A DNA stretch of 64,000 nt from Gemmatimonadota bacterium (lineage in GTDB: Bacteria; Latescibacterota; UBA2968; UBA8231): contig JAYOYH010000004.1 of the NCBI GenBank assembly GCA_038153405.1, positions 32,001-96,000 of the forward strand. Direction: 5' to 3'. The notes below the pieces were generated by a model that did not search any database, was not told the DNA's origin, and saw only the letters and a list, made by a program, of their open reading frames with translations. The number at the start of each line of letters is the position of its first letter. Within the stretch, counting starts at the first letter, position 1. Below, piece by piece: positions 1 to 9,980 of the stretch. The position numbers were made by a program, and so were the translations under genes.

Positions 1-1
1 C

Positions 2-1339
2 GCCGACTAAGCAGATAACGGCGGCGCGATAAGACATGATCTCATCGCCATCTTCCACTTGTGGCGCTCGTCCCAGCGCTTTGGCAAAGACGTCTCTCAG
101 GTGGTCGCGTCCCACCCACAAACCCAGCAGCACCATCGCCAACAGCGCGCCCCCACCCTGATAGGCTAGCAGCGGTTGGTCCGCTACGCCGTAGACGAAT
201 TTGCTCGTCGACTTTAAACCGGCCACGGCGATAAACTCGGCTTCTATCTTGGACAGCAGGTGAAAGATCCAAATGCCAGCCGCCACCTGCGTGCTGATGA
301 GATAGGAAAAGCCCAGCAGAGCAAAGCTGATGCGGTACTGCAGTTGCTGCGAACCAAAGAATTCGCCTGTCCAAATGAGGTTGACTACCGGCACGGACGG
401 ATCGTAGCGATGCAAGGCCGTCAGCGAACCAAAGAAGAGGGGAATGGCAACGCCACACCAGAGGGCCGGTCGGCGCAAAAAGCCATTCAACAGGTTCTTT
501 TCGTCTTCCCCGGCGACCATGGCCAAGCCAACTTGAGTCAGCGGATAGGCCAGGCGCTCGCGCTCCATCCACTGGCGGCGCAGGATGACCGCCGTGGCCA
601 CCATCGCCGCGTAGAGGGCGAGCAGAAAGATCGCCCACCACAGCAACGGCCCAATCCACGCGACGTAGGGCACTTCGGCAAGGCCGCCTTCGTAAAACCC
701 CACGCTCTGCTGTCCATCGTCAAAGAGCACGCGCTCCGAGCGCAGCGGCACCAGCTTTTCAATCCACTTGTTCTCGGGCGTGGCGTAGTAGAAAAACGCC
801 GTAATGGTCGGCAATAGCTGCTGCGTCATGCCCATTGTGCACAGTGACGAAACGACCATCAACATAACGTAGACGAGCACGAGTTCAGCACGGTTGAGCG
901 CCAGGCTGCCACCGCGCTGCACGATGGGCACGCTCATCCACAGCGAGGCAACGACAAAAGACGCCAGCCAAAAACCGGGTTTGTAGATATCAATGGCACC
1001 GACGTGTAGATAGTGGGCGATGTAGGCCAACGCCGTTGTTGCAGCTACCCCCGTGCACAGCGCGGGGCTGCGCGCCACCCATTTGAAAAGCGCATTGATC
1101 AGTCCAATCAGAACGAGGAATAGAAATATGGCACCCGGCGTATTGAAGTCGAAGGACATATTGCTGGCGCGCATGGCCATATTGGCGTAGGGCGAGCCGA
1201 TAGCCAGCAAAAAACTGAGAAAGGAGCCCACCCAAAATCCGCGCGCCGACAGGCCGGCGCGCGCGCTGGTGCCGCCCAACGAAGCCTCCTGACGGCTGGC
1301 TAAATACTCGTCGTAAATGAGTGGGATATGTCTGTTCAA
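2..1339 (-). CDS. DUF6785-type polytopic membrane protein (putative transporter); 3' end runs off the window
   Basis: Absent from the ORF track because no stop lies in the window. Manual translation from TTG 1339 (AAGGAG RBS upstream) gives MNRHIPLIY...FDFNTPGAIFLF...YYATPENKW...LRRQWMERERLAYPLTQVGLAMV, a clear paralog of 47726..49882. Confidence 0.85.
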   Translation of the reverse strand, partial: MNRHIPLIYDEYLASRQEASLGGTSARAGLSARGFWVGSFLSFLLAIGSPYANMAMRASNMSFDFNTPGAIFLFLVLIGLINALFKWVARSPALCTGVAATTALAYIAHYLHVGAIDIYKPGFWLASFVVASLWMSVPIVQRGGSLALNRAELVLVYVMLMVVSSLCTMGMTQQLLPTITAFFYYATPENKWIEKLVPLRSERVLFDDGQQSVGFYEGGLAEVPYVAWIGPLLWWAIFLLALYAAMVATAVILRRQWMERERLAYPLTQVGLAMVAGEDEKNLLNGFLRRPALWCGVAIPLFFGSLTALHRYDPSVPVVNLIWTGEFFGSQQLQYRISFALLGFSYLISTQVAAGIWIFHLLSKIEAEFIAVAGLKSTSKFVYGVADQPLLAYQGGGALLAMVLLGLWVGRDHLRDVFAKALGRAPQVEDGDEIMSYRAAVICLVG

Positions 1340-1572
1340 AATACTCCTTACGGCATTAAAACGGGCTCCCTAAAAAGCGCGTTGACCGCGCCAACAGCAA
1401 GGGATCAAGAGAAATTCTACGGCGCATACGGCGCGGTAAGGCCGTGCGAAAAACACTTGTCTTCAGGAGGAAAATAACGAGGAGCTCATGCAGGTGGGGC
1501 GAGCACATCCAATCCGACAGCGGCGTTTGATCGGAGCCGACGTGAACACACCGCGAGTGCTTGGCGCATCCC

Positions 1573-1989
1573 CTACCAGTGCTTCTGTTCGACAATCGTT
1601 CCATCTGCCCCCACGCGCAGCGTTAACTGGCCGGGGCCACCGCTGCCGGGAAAGGCGTCATACCAGATCGTATACCAGCGCGTCTGGCGCAGCCGATGTC
1701 CCTCTGGAGCGAGCGAATAGCCGCGGCGAAACTGGCGCAGCGATGCCGGCGGCACGCCAAATGCCCGACCGATGGCGCTAACGTCGACGACGGGCAGTTC
1801 ACCTACCGACACTGTGCGCATGGGCTCGATGCAAGCATCCATCTGCGCCATTTCGTGCACGAGCAGACGCTGACCGGCGCGACTTCGATCTACGCCACGG
1901 CCCCAGACGGCCGCGTGGACAGCCCACGCACAGCTCAGCGCACACAGCACAAGCAGAATAATCCGACCCAGCAAGATGCCCTCGTCCAT
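1573..1989 (-). CDS. Hypothetical protein with N-terminal hydrophobic anchor
   Basis: Part of ORF 1573..2136. Probable start MDEGILLGRIILLVLCALSCAWAV; co-oriented with both neighbours. Confidence 0.5.
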   Translation of the reverse strand: MDEGILLGRIILLVLCALSCAWAVHAAVWGRGVDRSRAGQRLLVHEMAQMDACIEPMRTVSVGELPVVDVSAIGRAFGVPPASLRQFRRGYSLAPEGHRLRQTRWYTIWYDAFPGSGGPGQLTLRVGADGTIVEQKHW

Positions 1990-2065
1990 TTCGATTGCAC
2001 AAACGCGCAGCTCTCTTACACCTATCGGCGACAGATCGAGCGAATTAAATCGGAGTGCAAATAAA

Positions 2066-2896
2066 TCACCGCTCGGCGTATACTCTGGCGCGCAGTTCCC
2101 GCAAATAGGCCAGCGTTTTGGCCGTTTCTCTGCCAAAGTCTAAATTGCCGCCTTCTGTGCTAACCCATGCGCAGGCACACGAGACGCCTCCCTCATACCC
2201 CGCATCGCGCAAAATGCGAAAGAGGCGCTCGTAGATGGGCTCGCGCTCGCCCGAACCCGGCTGCCCTCCACCTTCGGCAATATGCACGTGAGCGCACCAC
2301 TCCGGCTCCTTTGCAATATCTTCGAGCGGCTGGTCTAACTTCAAAAAATAGTTGAGATCGGCCATCACCTTGATCGACGGCCGATCTACTCTCTTGGCAA
2401 ACGAGATGCTGTCGAGATAGCGCGGAAAGAGCGTCGTCAAATCCGAAAACGCCTCTAGTGCCACAACAATTCCGTGCGCTTCGGCATGGTCGGCTAGCAG
2501 GTGGCAAAAACGCACGGCCTGCTCTTCGGCCTCGCTACGAGCAAACCCCTCGGGCACCGCAAAGAATCCGCCGTAGATTCCAGCGACTTCTACGCCGATA
2601 TCGGCTAGCCGGCGGAAGGCGCGCCGCGTCCAAAACTCCAACTGTTCCCAATCGACATCGGGACCAACCGCCTTCAAACCCCAAAACTGCAGGAAATGGC
2701 TGGCAACGCGCACGGGAGGCAAACCCCAAGTCTGTATCTCTGCCTTTTTCGCCGACCAAATGGCCTCGCTCTCAAAGGGCTTAACCTGCAGCGCCACGGG
2801 AATTTCACATAGGTCCCACGCATCGCCGATCTGCTCGGGCGGTCTGATTTCCGGCTTGTCGCCAAATAAGATGCACAGCTTGAACGGCTCTTCCAC
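2066..2896 (-). CDS. Sugar phosphate isomerase/epimerase (xylose-isomerase-like TIM barrel)
   Basis: Motifs VALEA, VMADLNY, HVHIAE, PGSG, LRDAGYEG. Confidence 0.8.
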   Translation of the reverse strand: MEEPFKLCILFGDKPEIRPPEQIGDAWDLCEIPVALQVKPFESEAIWSAKKAEIQTWGLPPVRVASHFLQFWGLKAVGPDVDWEQLEFWTRRAFRRLADIGVEVAGIYGGFFAVPEGFARSEAEEQAVRFCHLLADHAEAHGIVVALEAFSDLTTLFPRYLDSISFAKRVDRPSIKVMADLNYFLKLDQPLEDIAKEPEWCAHVHIAEGGGQPGSGEREPIYERLFRILRDAGYEGGVSCACAWVSTEGGNLDFGRETAKTLAYLRELRARVYAER

Positions 2897-3148
2897 TGAG
2901 TCCTCCGCATTTTTTTATGATTTGTCGTCCACGTGTAGGGGACTCGATTTACCCATCGAGCCGCGTCCCCAACTGCACGCGGTGAACAGTAAAAATAGCG
3001 CAACGCCAGCCGCGTCTCAACTCAACTTGGCCACACCCCAGCCTTGATGCGCGCAGCCGGCCGCCGTAGTGTATGCTGCGTCTTGGCCGTTCATTTCGAG
3101 CCGGCACACGCGCGGCTGCCGGCTCTCTCCCTGCGGGATAAAGCCCTT

Positions 3149-4036
3149 ATGACACTCCGATCAGCACAGATTGAAGCATTCCACCGCGATGGGTATCTCG
3201 TCGTCGAAGACGCCCTCGCCGACGATACACTAAACGCCCTGACGGCCGATTTTGAAGCGCTGATTGAAGAGATCGCCCAGCGCCTCTACGCCGAAAAACG
3301 CATTGACGATTTGTGCGCCGATGCGCCGTTCGACCAGCGCATTGCCCTGCTGACGCAGCAGGCAGGCCAGTCGCTGCAAGCCGATCTGTCGTTTCCCAAC
3401 AATCTCCGCCGCGCTCTCTACGACTTTCTCTGCGCACCGGAGTTGCTCGATATCGTAGGCGATATCGTCGGACCGGAAATTTTTTGCAATCCCACGCAAC
3501 ACGTGCGTCCCAAGCTACCCGAAGCGCTCTTACCGGCTGGATTTGACCACTGGATACAGCAATCGCCCTTTCATCAAGACGCCGCCGTGCTCCTGCCCGA
3601 AGCCGACGACACGCTAGTCGTGACGACCTGGATCCCCCTGGTCGACGCCGACGTCGACAACGGCACGCTCCACCTCTTTCCGCGCTGTCACCAGGGCGAT
3701 ATTTTGCGCCATGTGCGCTGTCCCTACGGCTGGACTATCGACCCCCAACTCGTGCCAACAGGCAATCCCCTCGCCCTCCCCGTGCGGCGCGGCGGACTTG
3801 TATTGCTGCACGGCCGCACGCCGCACGGCTCGCTGCCCAACCGCAGCAACGCCGTGCGCTGGAGCCTCGACCTGCGCTGGAACGACGCGCGCAAGCCCTG
3901 CGGTCGTCCGCTTCCCGGCATACTGGCGCGCAGCCAAATGGGCGCGCCGACGACGTATGCGCAGTGGCTCGAGGCCTGGAGAGCAGCCAACGCCGATACT
4001 TGCCCGCGCGCGTTCTACCGCTGGCCCACAAATTAG
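3149..4036 (+). CDS. PhyH-family Fe(II)/2OG dioxygenase
   Basis: FHRDGYLVVEDAL, FHQD, TWIPLVDA, NGTL, PHGS..N, RWSLDLR. Confidence 0.9.
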   Translation: MTLRSAQIEAFHRDGYLVVEDALADDTLNALTADFEALIEEIAQRLYAEKRIDDLCADAPFDQRIALLTQQAGQSLQADLSFPNNLRRALYDFLCAPELLDIVGDIVGPEIFCNPTQHVRPKLPEALLPAGFDHWIQQSPFHQDAAVLLPEADDTLVVTTWIPLVDADVDNGTLHLFPRCHQGDILRHVRCPYGWTIDPQLVPTGNPLALPVRRGGLVLLHGRTPHGSLPNRSNAVRWSLDLRWNDARKPCGRPLPGILARSQMGAPTTYAQWLEAWRAANADTCPRAFYRWPTN

Positions 4037-4088
4037 CCGACGGTGCACCGCGCCGCGAAGAAAATTAATGTTCATTGCGAACGTTTTA

Positions 4089-4097
4089 TGGTATAAT
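4089..4097 (+). promoter_or_regulatory. Extended -10 promoter element upstream of cheV
   Basis: TGgTATAAT about 40 bp before the ATG at 4136, in an AT-rich stretch. Confidence 0.55.
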
Positions 4098-4135
4098 TAT
4101 TTGATACTTGTATATAGCGATTAGCGAGGATAACC

Positions 4136-5059
4136 ATGAACGAACACTCCGGCATTCTTTTAGAGTCGGGCACCAACGAACTAGAAGTACTCGAACTGCT
4201 TATCAGCGGCCAGTTATTCGGCGTCAACGTGCTCAAAATCAAGCAGATTATTTCCTACGACCCGCAAAAGGTGGCCACGCTCCACGCACCCGATATCCAC
4301 CCGGCTATTAAGGGTACCTTCCTATTCCACGAAGTGCCGATTTTGCTGACCGATCTCAACCGCTATCTGTTCCCGGAAAGAAAACCCGTTCAATCTTCGT
4401 CGCCCCAGGTCGTCGTCGTCTGCGAATTCAACAACTCGCACCAAGGTTTTCTCATCGATGCGGTCGATCGCATTTTTCGCTGCAGTTGGGATCAAATACA
4501 GGCGCCGACGTCGATCATAACAGAAGGTGATTCCATGGTTACTGGCATCGTTAGCGCCGAGGGCAACGACGTCCTGCTCATCGATTTCGAAGCCATCATC
4601 GACGATATAAGCGGCGGCAGCGAGCTGGAAGAGGCGGAAAACATTGTGCGCAATTTATCGAGGGAAGAGCGGGCAATTCGACAGCGCACGAAGATTTTAA
4701 TAACTGATGACTCACAAATGGTCCGCGAGCAGACCGAGGCCCTGCTCGCCCAGCAGGGCTTTTTCAACGTGACTATTTGCGACGACGGTGCCACGGCCTT
4801 TTCAGCTATTGAGGCCAACCGCGCCACGCCCTATGATATCGTCATCTCCGACATAGAAATGCCACAGCTCGATGGTCTGACGCTCTGCCGCAAGCTCAAA
4901 GAGAGCAAATCGCCGAGCAAAGTCATCATTCTTTCGTCGATGATTTCCGAACAAATAGCCGTTAAGTGCAAACAGGTCGGCGCCGACGCGTATCTATCCA
5001 AAGAGCAGATACGCGAGCTACCCGATATCATCATACAGCAGTTGGGTATGGGCCGGTAA
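4136..5059 (+). CDS. cheV: Chemotaxis protein CheV (CheW + receiver domain)
   Basis: ILLESGTNELEVLE, FGVNVLKIKQII, C-terminal REC domain (ITDDS, ISDIEMPQLDG, GADAYLSK). Confidence 0.92.
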   Translation: MNEHSGILLESGTNELEVLELLISGQLFGVNVLKIKQIISYDPQKVATLHAPDIHPAIKGTFLFHEVPILLTDLNRYLFPERKPVQSSSPQVVVVCEFNNSHQGFLIDAVDRIFRCSWDQIQAPTSIITEGDSMVTGIVSAEGNDVLLIDFEAIIDDISGGSELEEAENIVRNLSREERAIRQRTKILITDDSQMVREQTEALLAQQGFFNVTICDDGATAFSAIEANRATPYDIVISDIEMPQLDGLTLCRKLKESKSPSKVIILSSMISEQIAVKCKQVGADAYLSKEQIRELPDIIIQQLGMGR

Positions 5060-5093
5060 TCGTCCGCACCCGGCGCATTTTCTACTACGCTGC

Positions 5094-5129
5094 AAAAGCG
5101 GGGCACCCCATAGAGCGGGCGCCCCGCTT
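5094..5129 (-). terminator. Intrinsic terminator between convergent cheV and the fusion gene
   Basis: Minus strand AAGCGGGGCGCCC-8 nt-GGGUGCCCCGCUU, followed by UU. Confidence 0.65.
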
Positions 5130-5150
5130 CCATGTACAGAAGATATCGGC

Positions 5151-7805
5151 CTAATTCCTCGGGCGGATATTCGGTTTGACCTCGCACGCCGGACAGGCGC
5201 GGCGCAGCTGTTCGCGTCGCACCCGCCACAGGTCGCGTGCCAGCACCAATTCGGCCGAGGCCTGGCCAACCCGACCCCGTTGCTGTATGTTGCGCCGGTC
5301 GAGCGCCGCCTCGAGCGCGTCGATGGAGACGGGACATTCTCCGCTGCGAAAGGCCAATCCGGGCACTGTACGCACGCGGCCATTAGCGTCGACAATGCGA
5401 TCCTCGTTGGCAAAGGAGTCGATGCAGCCACAGGGCACAGACAGTTCGGCTACGTGGTAGGCCGTCGACGTCCAATGCGTCGTACCCAGCGCCAGAATAT
5501 AGCCACCGCCGTGCACCAATTTGCCAATTGGGCTGCGCGCATCCCAAATGCCCACTTCCAGATGCTCGCCGCAGTAGTCGGCCGCGCGCGCGCCAACGGC
5601 CGCAACCGCATGCGTTGGATGCACGCTGCGCTCGGCCTGCGGCAAGCGCCATAGCGCGTCGGGTATGGCGCCGTTGGTCGTTGGCGTCGTCATCGGGTTG
5701 TACACAGCTGCCGCGCGATGATTAAACGAAGGCATGAGCAGCGTTCCGCTGCGCCCGACCGCGTCCAGTAGCGCGCTGACGACCGCATCCGCGCCACCCT
5801 GCACGCGTCCTATGGCGCCCAGCGAAGAATGCACCATCAGATCCATACCCTTTTTCACGCCCAATGCCCGCAGGTCTTTTACCAGACGCGCCTTGCTCAA
5901 CAAATCGCGCGGATCGAGCAATTCGACATAGCCCAGTTCGGCATGTGCGGCAAAATAGTCGATGGCTTTTGCCACATCGACCGCGCGACCGCGCGTGCGA
6001 CCGCCGCCCACGCTGGCCGTCTCTTCGCACTCGACGCGCTCGACAATTTCGGCAATACTGCGCTTGCCATCGGCCCAGAATAGCGCCCACGAAGGCAAGC
6101 CCGCTCGGCCAATGCGCTGGCCAATCTCGCGCGGCGCATTTTCAGGGGTGGGCGAAAGGAGCGCCGTGCGCCGCGGTATATGGCCCGCCCCTGTCGGCAG
6201 CGCTCCCTTTCTTTTGACGGCGCGCACTGTGCCGCACAGTTCCGCCACCTCGCGCTCGGCATCGTCCAACTCAGACAGTATGGCGCGGCGATCGCCGCCC
6301 CATAGAAACCGCCGCAGGCGCGCATTGCCCTCGCGATGCACGTCGCGCAGGTAGTCAGCCTCTTTGCGCGAGGGCGCTCGTCCAACTAGCTGCACGGCGT
6401 GTGCCCGCTCCATGCGGCCTACTTCGAGCACTTCGCGGCTGCCCATATTGGCTAGGTAATAGAGGTACGCCGCCATAGACGCCGCACACGTTTCCAAGCC
6501 CTTAGCACTGAGCAACGCGAGCTGGTCGGCCGACGAATGATAGGCATCAAAACCGCTGCCAGAGCGCTTGTGATGCGTCGTAATCCAGGGACAGGGAAAG
6601 CCGTACTGGGGATCGCCGATCAGCGTATCGGAGGTCGAGACAAACGGCTCCAAGTGCAGTGCATAACCGGGCTTATGACGGCGCAGGGCAGCGCGCAGCA
6701 CGGAGGCGCCGATGCGGTCGACGAACGAGGCCGACATGGGGATGGTCGAGTGCCACTCCAAGCGCCCACCGCAGTGCGTCGGCTTGAGACCCAACGTATC
6801 AATACAAACGCCAGCCAGCGGCGTTTGCAGGCGGCGCGTTCGCTCCAGATAGCCAAAAAAGCCGTAGCACTCGTAGGCATTTAGCAGGCGTATGCTGCGC
6901 CGCGGTCTGGCCAACTGACCGCTGGCAATCAGCTGTTCTAGCACGTGGGCAATCTCCAACGTGAGCGCAACGCCCGAAGCGTTATCGGTCGCACCGGGTT
7001 CGGCGCTATGGGCAATTGCCCACACTTCATCCTGCGGATCATCGGCGCCGCGCACGATGCCACTTACGACGTCGTGGTGACCGACATACTTGCGGATATC
7101 CGCTTTGAGCAGGAGCTGCAGCGAACCAAATTTCTGCAGCTTCTTTCGCAGCGCTTCGCCCTGGTGCTGCGAAAGGACAAAACCGACGAGGCGGGCGGTA
7201 GCATGCCCCATTGGAATCGCGCCCCAACCAAATTTGGTCCACGCCAACGCGCGCGGATAGTTCGGCACTGGTCGATCGCCAATGACGCCGATGGCACCCC
7301 GATCGGCCAGCAGTTCCATAAGCGCGCGCGGATCGCCGTTGGTCAGGACGATTTTGTTGCGCAGCCGACCCGCCGGCATGCGCTCTATAGCCTCGCGCGT
7401 GTCCAGTACAACGAGCTCTGCGCGCAGGCCACCGGCTGGCGTAGCCGCACTCCACTGCACGACGTGCCAAGGATTCTCAGCGTAATCTAGAACGCGCTCT
7501 TTGAAGGGATGCACTACGTCGACCGTCGCGCTGCGCACATCAGCGGCTTCTTGAATAATCCACCGTCCGCTGCCGATCTGTCCTCCCGTCTGCAGGGCTT
7601 CCACTTCGGCGATGGCGCCCGCCTCCCTGTAGTAGCGCACGAGCTTTTCCGTAGTGCGGTGAAAGTGATCAAAAGAGTTCCAGCGATCGCTTTCCACAAT
7701 GTCGGCAACGCGCGCCAGCATGCGCTTGCCGCTGCTTTGGCGCAGCATTAGGGGCAGGCTCGTTCGGCATAGCGCGCTCAGCGATAGAGGCGTGGGGATA
7801 GCCAT
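5151..7805 (-). CDS. DUF4910/peptidase-M28-like protein fused to a C-terminal AAC(3)-family N-acetyltransferase
   Basis: N-part: IAHSAEPGATDNASG, AYECYG, YHSSAD, winged-helix-like ALFWADGKRSIAEI. C-part from about 5900: LGVKKGMDLMVHSSLGAIG, GTLLMPSF, RSVHPTHAVAAVG, TAYHVAE. AGGAG RBS before ATG 7805. Confidence 0.88.
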   Translation of the reverse strand: MAIPTPLSLSALCRTSLPLMLRQSSGKRMLARVADIVESDRWNSFDHFHRTTEKLVRYYREAGAIAEVEALQTGGQIGSGRWIIQEAADVRSATVDVVHPFKERVLDYAENPWHVVQWSAATPAGGLRAELVVLDTREAIERMPAGRLRNKIVLTNGDPRALMELLADRGAIGVIGDRPVPNYPRALAWTKFGWGAIPMGHATARLVGFVLSQHQGEALRKKLQKFGSLQLLLKADIRKYVGHHDVVSGIVRGADDPQDEVWAIAHSAEPGATDNASGVALTLEIAHVLEQLIASGQLARPRRSIRLLNAYECYGFFGYLERTRRLQTPLAGVCIDTLGLKPTHCGGRLEWHSTIPMSASFVDRIGASVLRAALRRHKPGYALHLEPFVSTSDTLIGDPQYGFPCPWITTHHKRSGSGFDAYHSSADQLALLSAKGLETCAASMAAYLYYLANMGSREVLEVGRMERAHAVQLVGRAPSRKEADYLRDVHREGNARLRRFLWGGDRRAILSELDDAEREVAELCGTVRAVKRKGALPTGAGHIPRRTALLSPTPENAPREIGQRIGRAGLPSWALFWADGKRSIAEIVERVECEETASVGGGRTRGRAVDVAKAIDYFAAHAELGYVELLDPRDLLSKARLVKDLRALGVKKGMDLMVHSSLGAIGRVQGGADAVVSALLDAVGRSGTLLMPSFNHRAAAVYNPMTTPTTNGAIPDALWRLPQAERSVHPTHAVAAVGARAADYCGEHLEVGIWDARSPIGKLVHGGGYILALGTTHWTSTAYHVAELSVPCGCIDSFANEDRIVDANGRVRTVPGLAFRSGECPVSIDALEAALDRRNIQQRGRVGQASAELVLARDLWRVRREQLRRACPACEVKPNIRPRN

Positions 7806-7908
7806 ATACACTCTCCTATTTAGCCAATCTATATGTGATTAATACGGTCCGCGTACTGTTCTCCATCTAAGCTAGGCCATCGGTTCAGCGGCAACATACA
7901 CACCTCTT

Positions 7909-9810
7909 TCAAGCCGTCAGGGTCTCTTCTTCCAGCGCGTTGGCCAAGGCCTCCCACTCCTGCCACAGGGCCTGCGAAGCGGCCTCCAATTCGGCGTACT
8001 GGTCTCCAAGCGTCCGCACCATATCCAAGTCTTGTTCCTCACCGGCCTTGCCGATGCGCACGCTCAGGGTCTCCATGCGCTCCTCAAGACTGGCGATCTC
8101 CTCCTCTACCGCGCGCTGGCGTTCTTCCATCTTCTCGCGCTGTTTGCGTTCGCGCCGCGCCTCGCGCTGCGCTTCGCGATGGTCCTGGCGCGTAGTCCCT
8201 GCAGCGATGGCAGCGGCTTCCTGGCGCGCGCTGCGCCAGGCCATATACTCGTGCCAACCCCCTTCCAATACGTGCAGCATGCCCTCTTCAATAGCCCATA
8301 CGTGGGTGGCCAGCGCCTGCACCAGATAGCGGTCGTGGCTGACTAGGAGAAAGGTGCCATCAAAGTGGTGCAGCACATCTTCCAAGACCTCCTGCGAAGC
8401 GATATCGAGGTGATTGGTCGGCTCGTCGAGGATCAGTACGTTGACTTCCAGCATGGCCAAGCGCGCCAGCGCAACGCGACTGCGCTGTCCACCGCTCAGT
8501 TCGCCGATGCACTTGAAAACGTCGTCTCCTTTAAATAGGAAACTGCCCAGCAGCGAGCGCACCTGTTCGGAGGGCACCTGCGGCTTAACTTGGCGCACGG
8601 CACCGAGCACATCCTGCAGGGGATCTAAGTAGTCATGCGCCTGCGACAGGTAGCCGAGTTCGACATTGGCGCCGTTTTTGATTTCGCCTTCCAGCACGGC
8701 GAGTTCGCCGAGAATACTGCGCACCAGCGTCGTCTTACCAGCACCGTTGGGACCGACGATGGCCACGCGCATGCCGCGCCGCAGTTCCATATCGGAAACC
8801 CGCACCAACGGCTGGTCATATCCCACGCCGACGCCGGAAAAGCTCAGCACAATATCACCGCTGCGCTTGGGCGGATTTAGCCGCACGCGGATTTGCTGGG
8901 CGCGCTGCGGCTTTTCAATGGCCTCGTCGCGCAAAAAGCGCTGCAGTCGCGTCCGACGCCCCTGCGCTTCCTTGGTGCGCTGACCGGCGATATGGCGGCG
9001 AATAAAATCTTCCGTCTTCTCGATGTGTTCGCGCTGCTCACTCCACTGCTTGAGTCGAAAGACATAGCGCTCTTCGCGCTGACGAACGTAGTGGCTGTAG
9101 TGGCCGCGGTATGTCTCGAGGACACCAAAGGCCATCTCCCACGTGCGCTCGGTAGTCGCATCGAGGAAATAGCGATCGTGTGAGACGACGACCAGAGCTC
9201 CCTTGAACATCTGTAAAAAACTTTCCAACCATTCGACGGCATATACGTCGAGGTGGTTGGTCGGCTCGTCGAGTAGTAACAGGTCCGGCGCATCGAGCAG
9301 CAGGCGCGCCAGCAGCGAGCGCGTCTTCTGCCCACCGCTTAGCTGATCCAAAGGCTGGGCATACTCGTCCTCTGCAAAACCCAATCCGCTAAGCACCGTG
9401 CGAATACGCGTTTCATAGGTGTAGCCCTCGCGTCGCTCGAACTCCACCTGCAGCGCGCTGTACTGCTCGAGCACTGCCCCATCGCCTAGGTCGGCAGAGA
9501 GGGCATTGAGTTCGGCCTCCATCTGGCGCACATCGGCAAAGACATCGAGCATGGAGTCCCACAGCGTCTTGTCGGTTGACGCCGGCGGATCCTGAGGCAA
9601 ATAGCCCACGCGCAAGCCGCTCTTGTAGTGTATCGCACCCACTGTTGGCTCGTCGACGCCGGCCAGCAGGCGCAGCAGCGTCGTTTTGCCCTCGCCGTTG
9701 GGACCGACTAGGCCAATTCGGTCGCCGTGCTCTATGCTGAACCGCACATTCTTAAACACGTCGAAGTCGCCGTAGGATCGCCCGACGTTTGTACCCGTTA
9801 CAATGGACAT
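7909..9810 (-). CDS. ABC-F family ATPase
   Basis: Two NBDs (GPNGEGKTT/LSGGQ/DEPTNHLD and GPNGAGKTT/LSGGQ/DEPTNHLD), no TM segments, C-terminal coiled coil. Start taken at MSIVTG. Confidence 0.93.
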   Translation of the reverse strand: MSIVTGTNVGRSYGDFDVFKNVRFSIEHGDRIGLVGPNGEGKTTLLRLLAGVDEPTVGAIHYKSGLRVGYLPQDPPASTDKTLWDSMLDVFADVRQMEAELNALSADLGDGAVLEQYSALQVEFERREGYTYETRIRTVLSGLGFAEDEYAQPLDQLSGGQKTRSLLARLLLDAPDLLLLDEPTNHLDVYAVEWLESFLQMFKGALVVVSHDRYFLDATTERTWEMAFGVLETYRGHYSHYVRQREERYVFRLKQWSEQREHIEKTEDFIRRHIAGQRTKEAQGRRTRLQRFLRDEAIEKPQRAQQIRVRLNPPKRSGDIVLSFSGVGVGYDQPLVRVSDMELRRGMRVAIVGPNGAGKTTLVRSILGELAVLEGEIKNGANVELGYLSQAHDYLDPLQDVLGAVRQVKPQVPSEQVRSLLGSFLFKGDDVFKCIGELSGGQRSRVALARLAMLEVNVLILDEPTNHLDIASQEVLEDVLHHFDGTFLLVSHDRYLVQALATHVWAIEEGMLHVLEGGWHEYMAWRSARQEAAAIAAGTTRQDHREAQREARRERKQREKMEERQRAVEEEIASLEERMETLSVRIGKAGEEQDLDMVRTLGDQYAELEAASQALWQEWEALANALEEETLTA

Positions 9811-9980
9811 CTCGCTCGCATCCGTTTTGCCCACTAAAAAAGGGGGCGAAAGGCAAAATGACAACTGCAGCGCGCGGACCACGCCGAACCGACGCGCTAT
9901 CGACGCCGAGCGCAGCTTGCCGAAGGCCCTTGCAGCGACGTTACTTTTACAGCGCACTGCCGTACCGCTATCCCTCATAG

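Noticed and set aside
5151..5903. Bona fide aminoglycoside resistance gene aac(3)
   Set aside because: It is a fused domain in a chromosomal context with no mobile element; fold membership alone does not show resistance.
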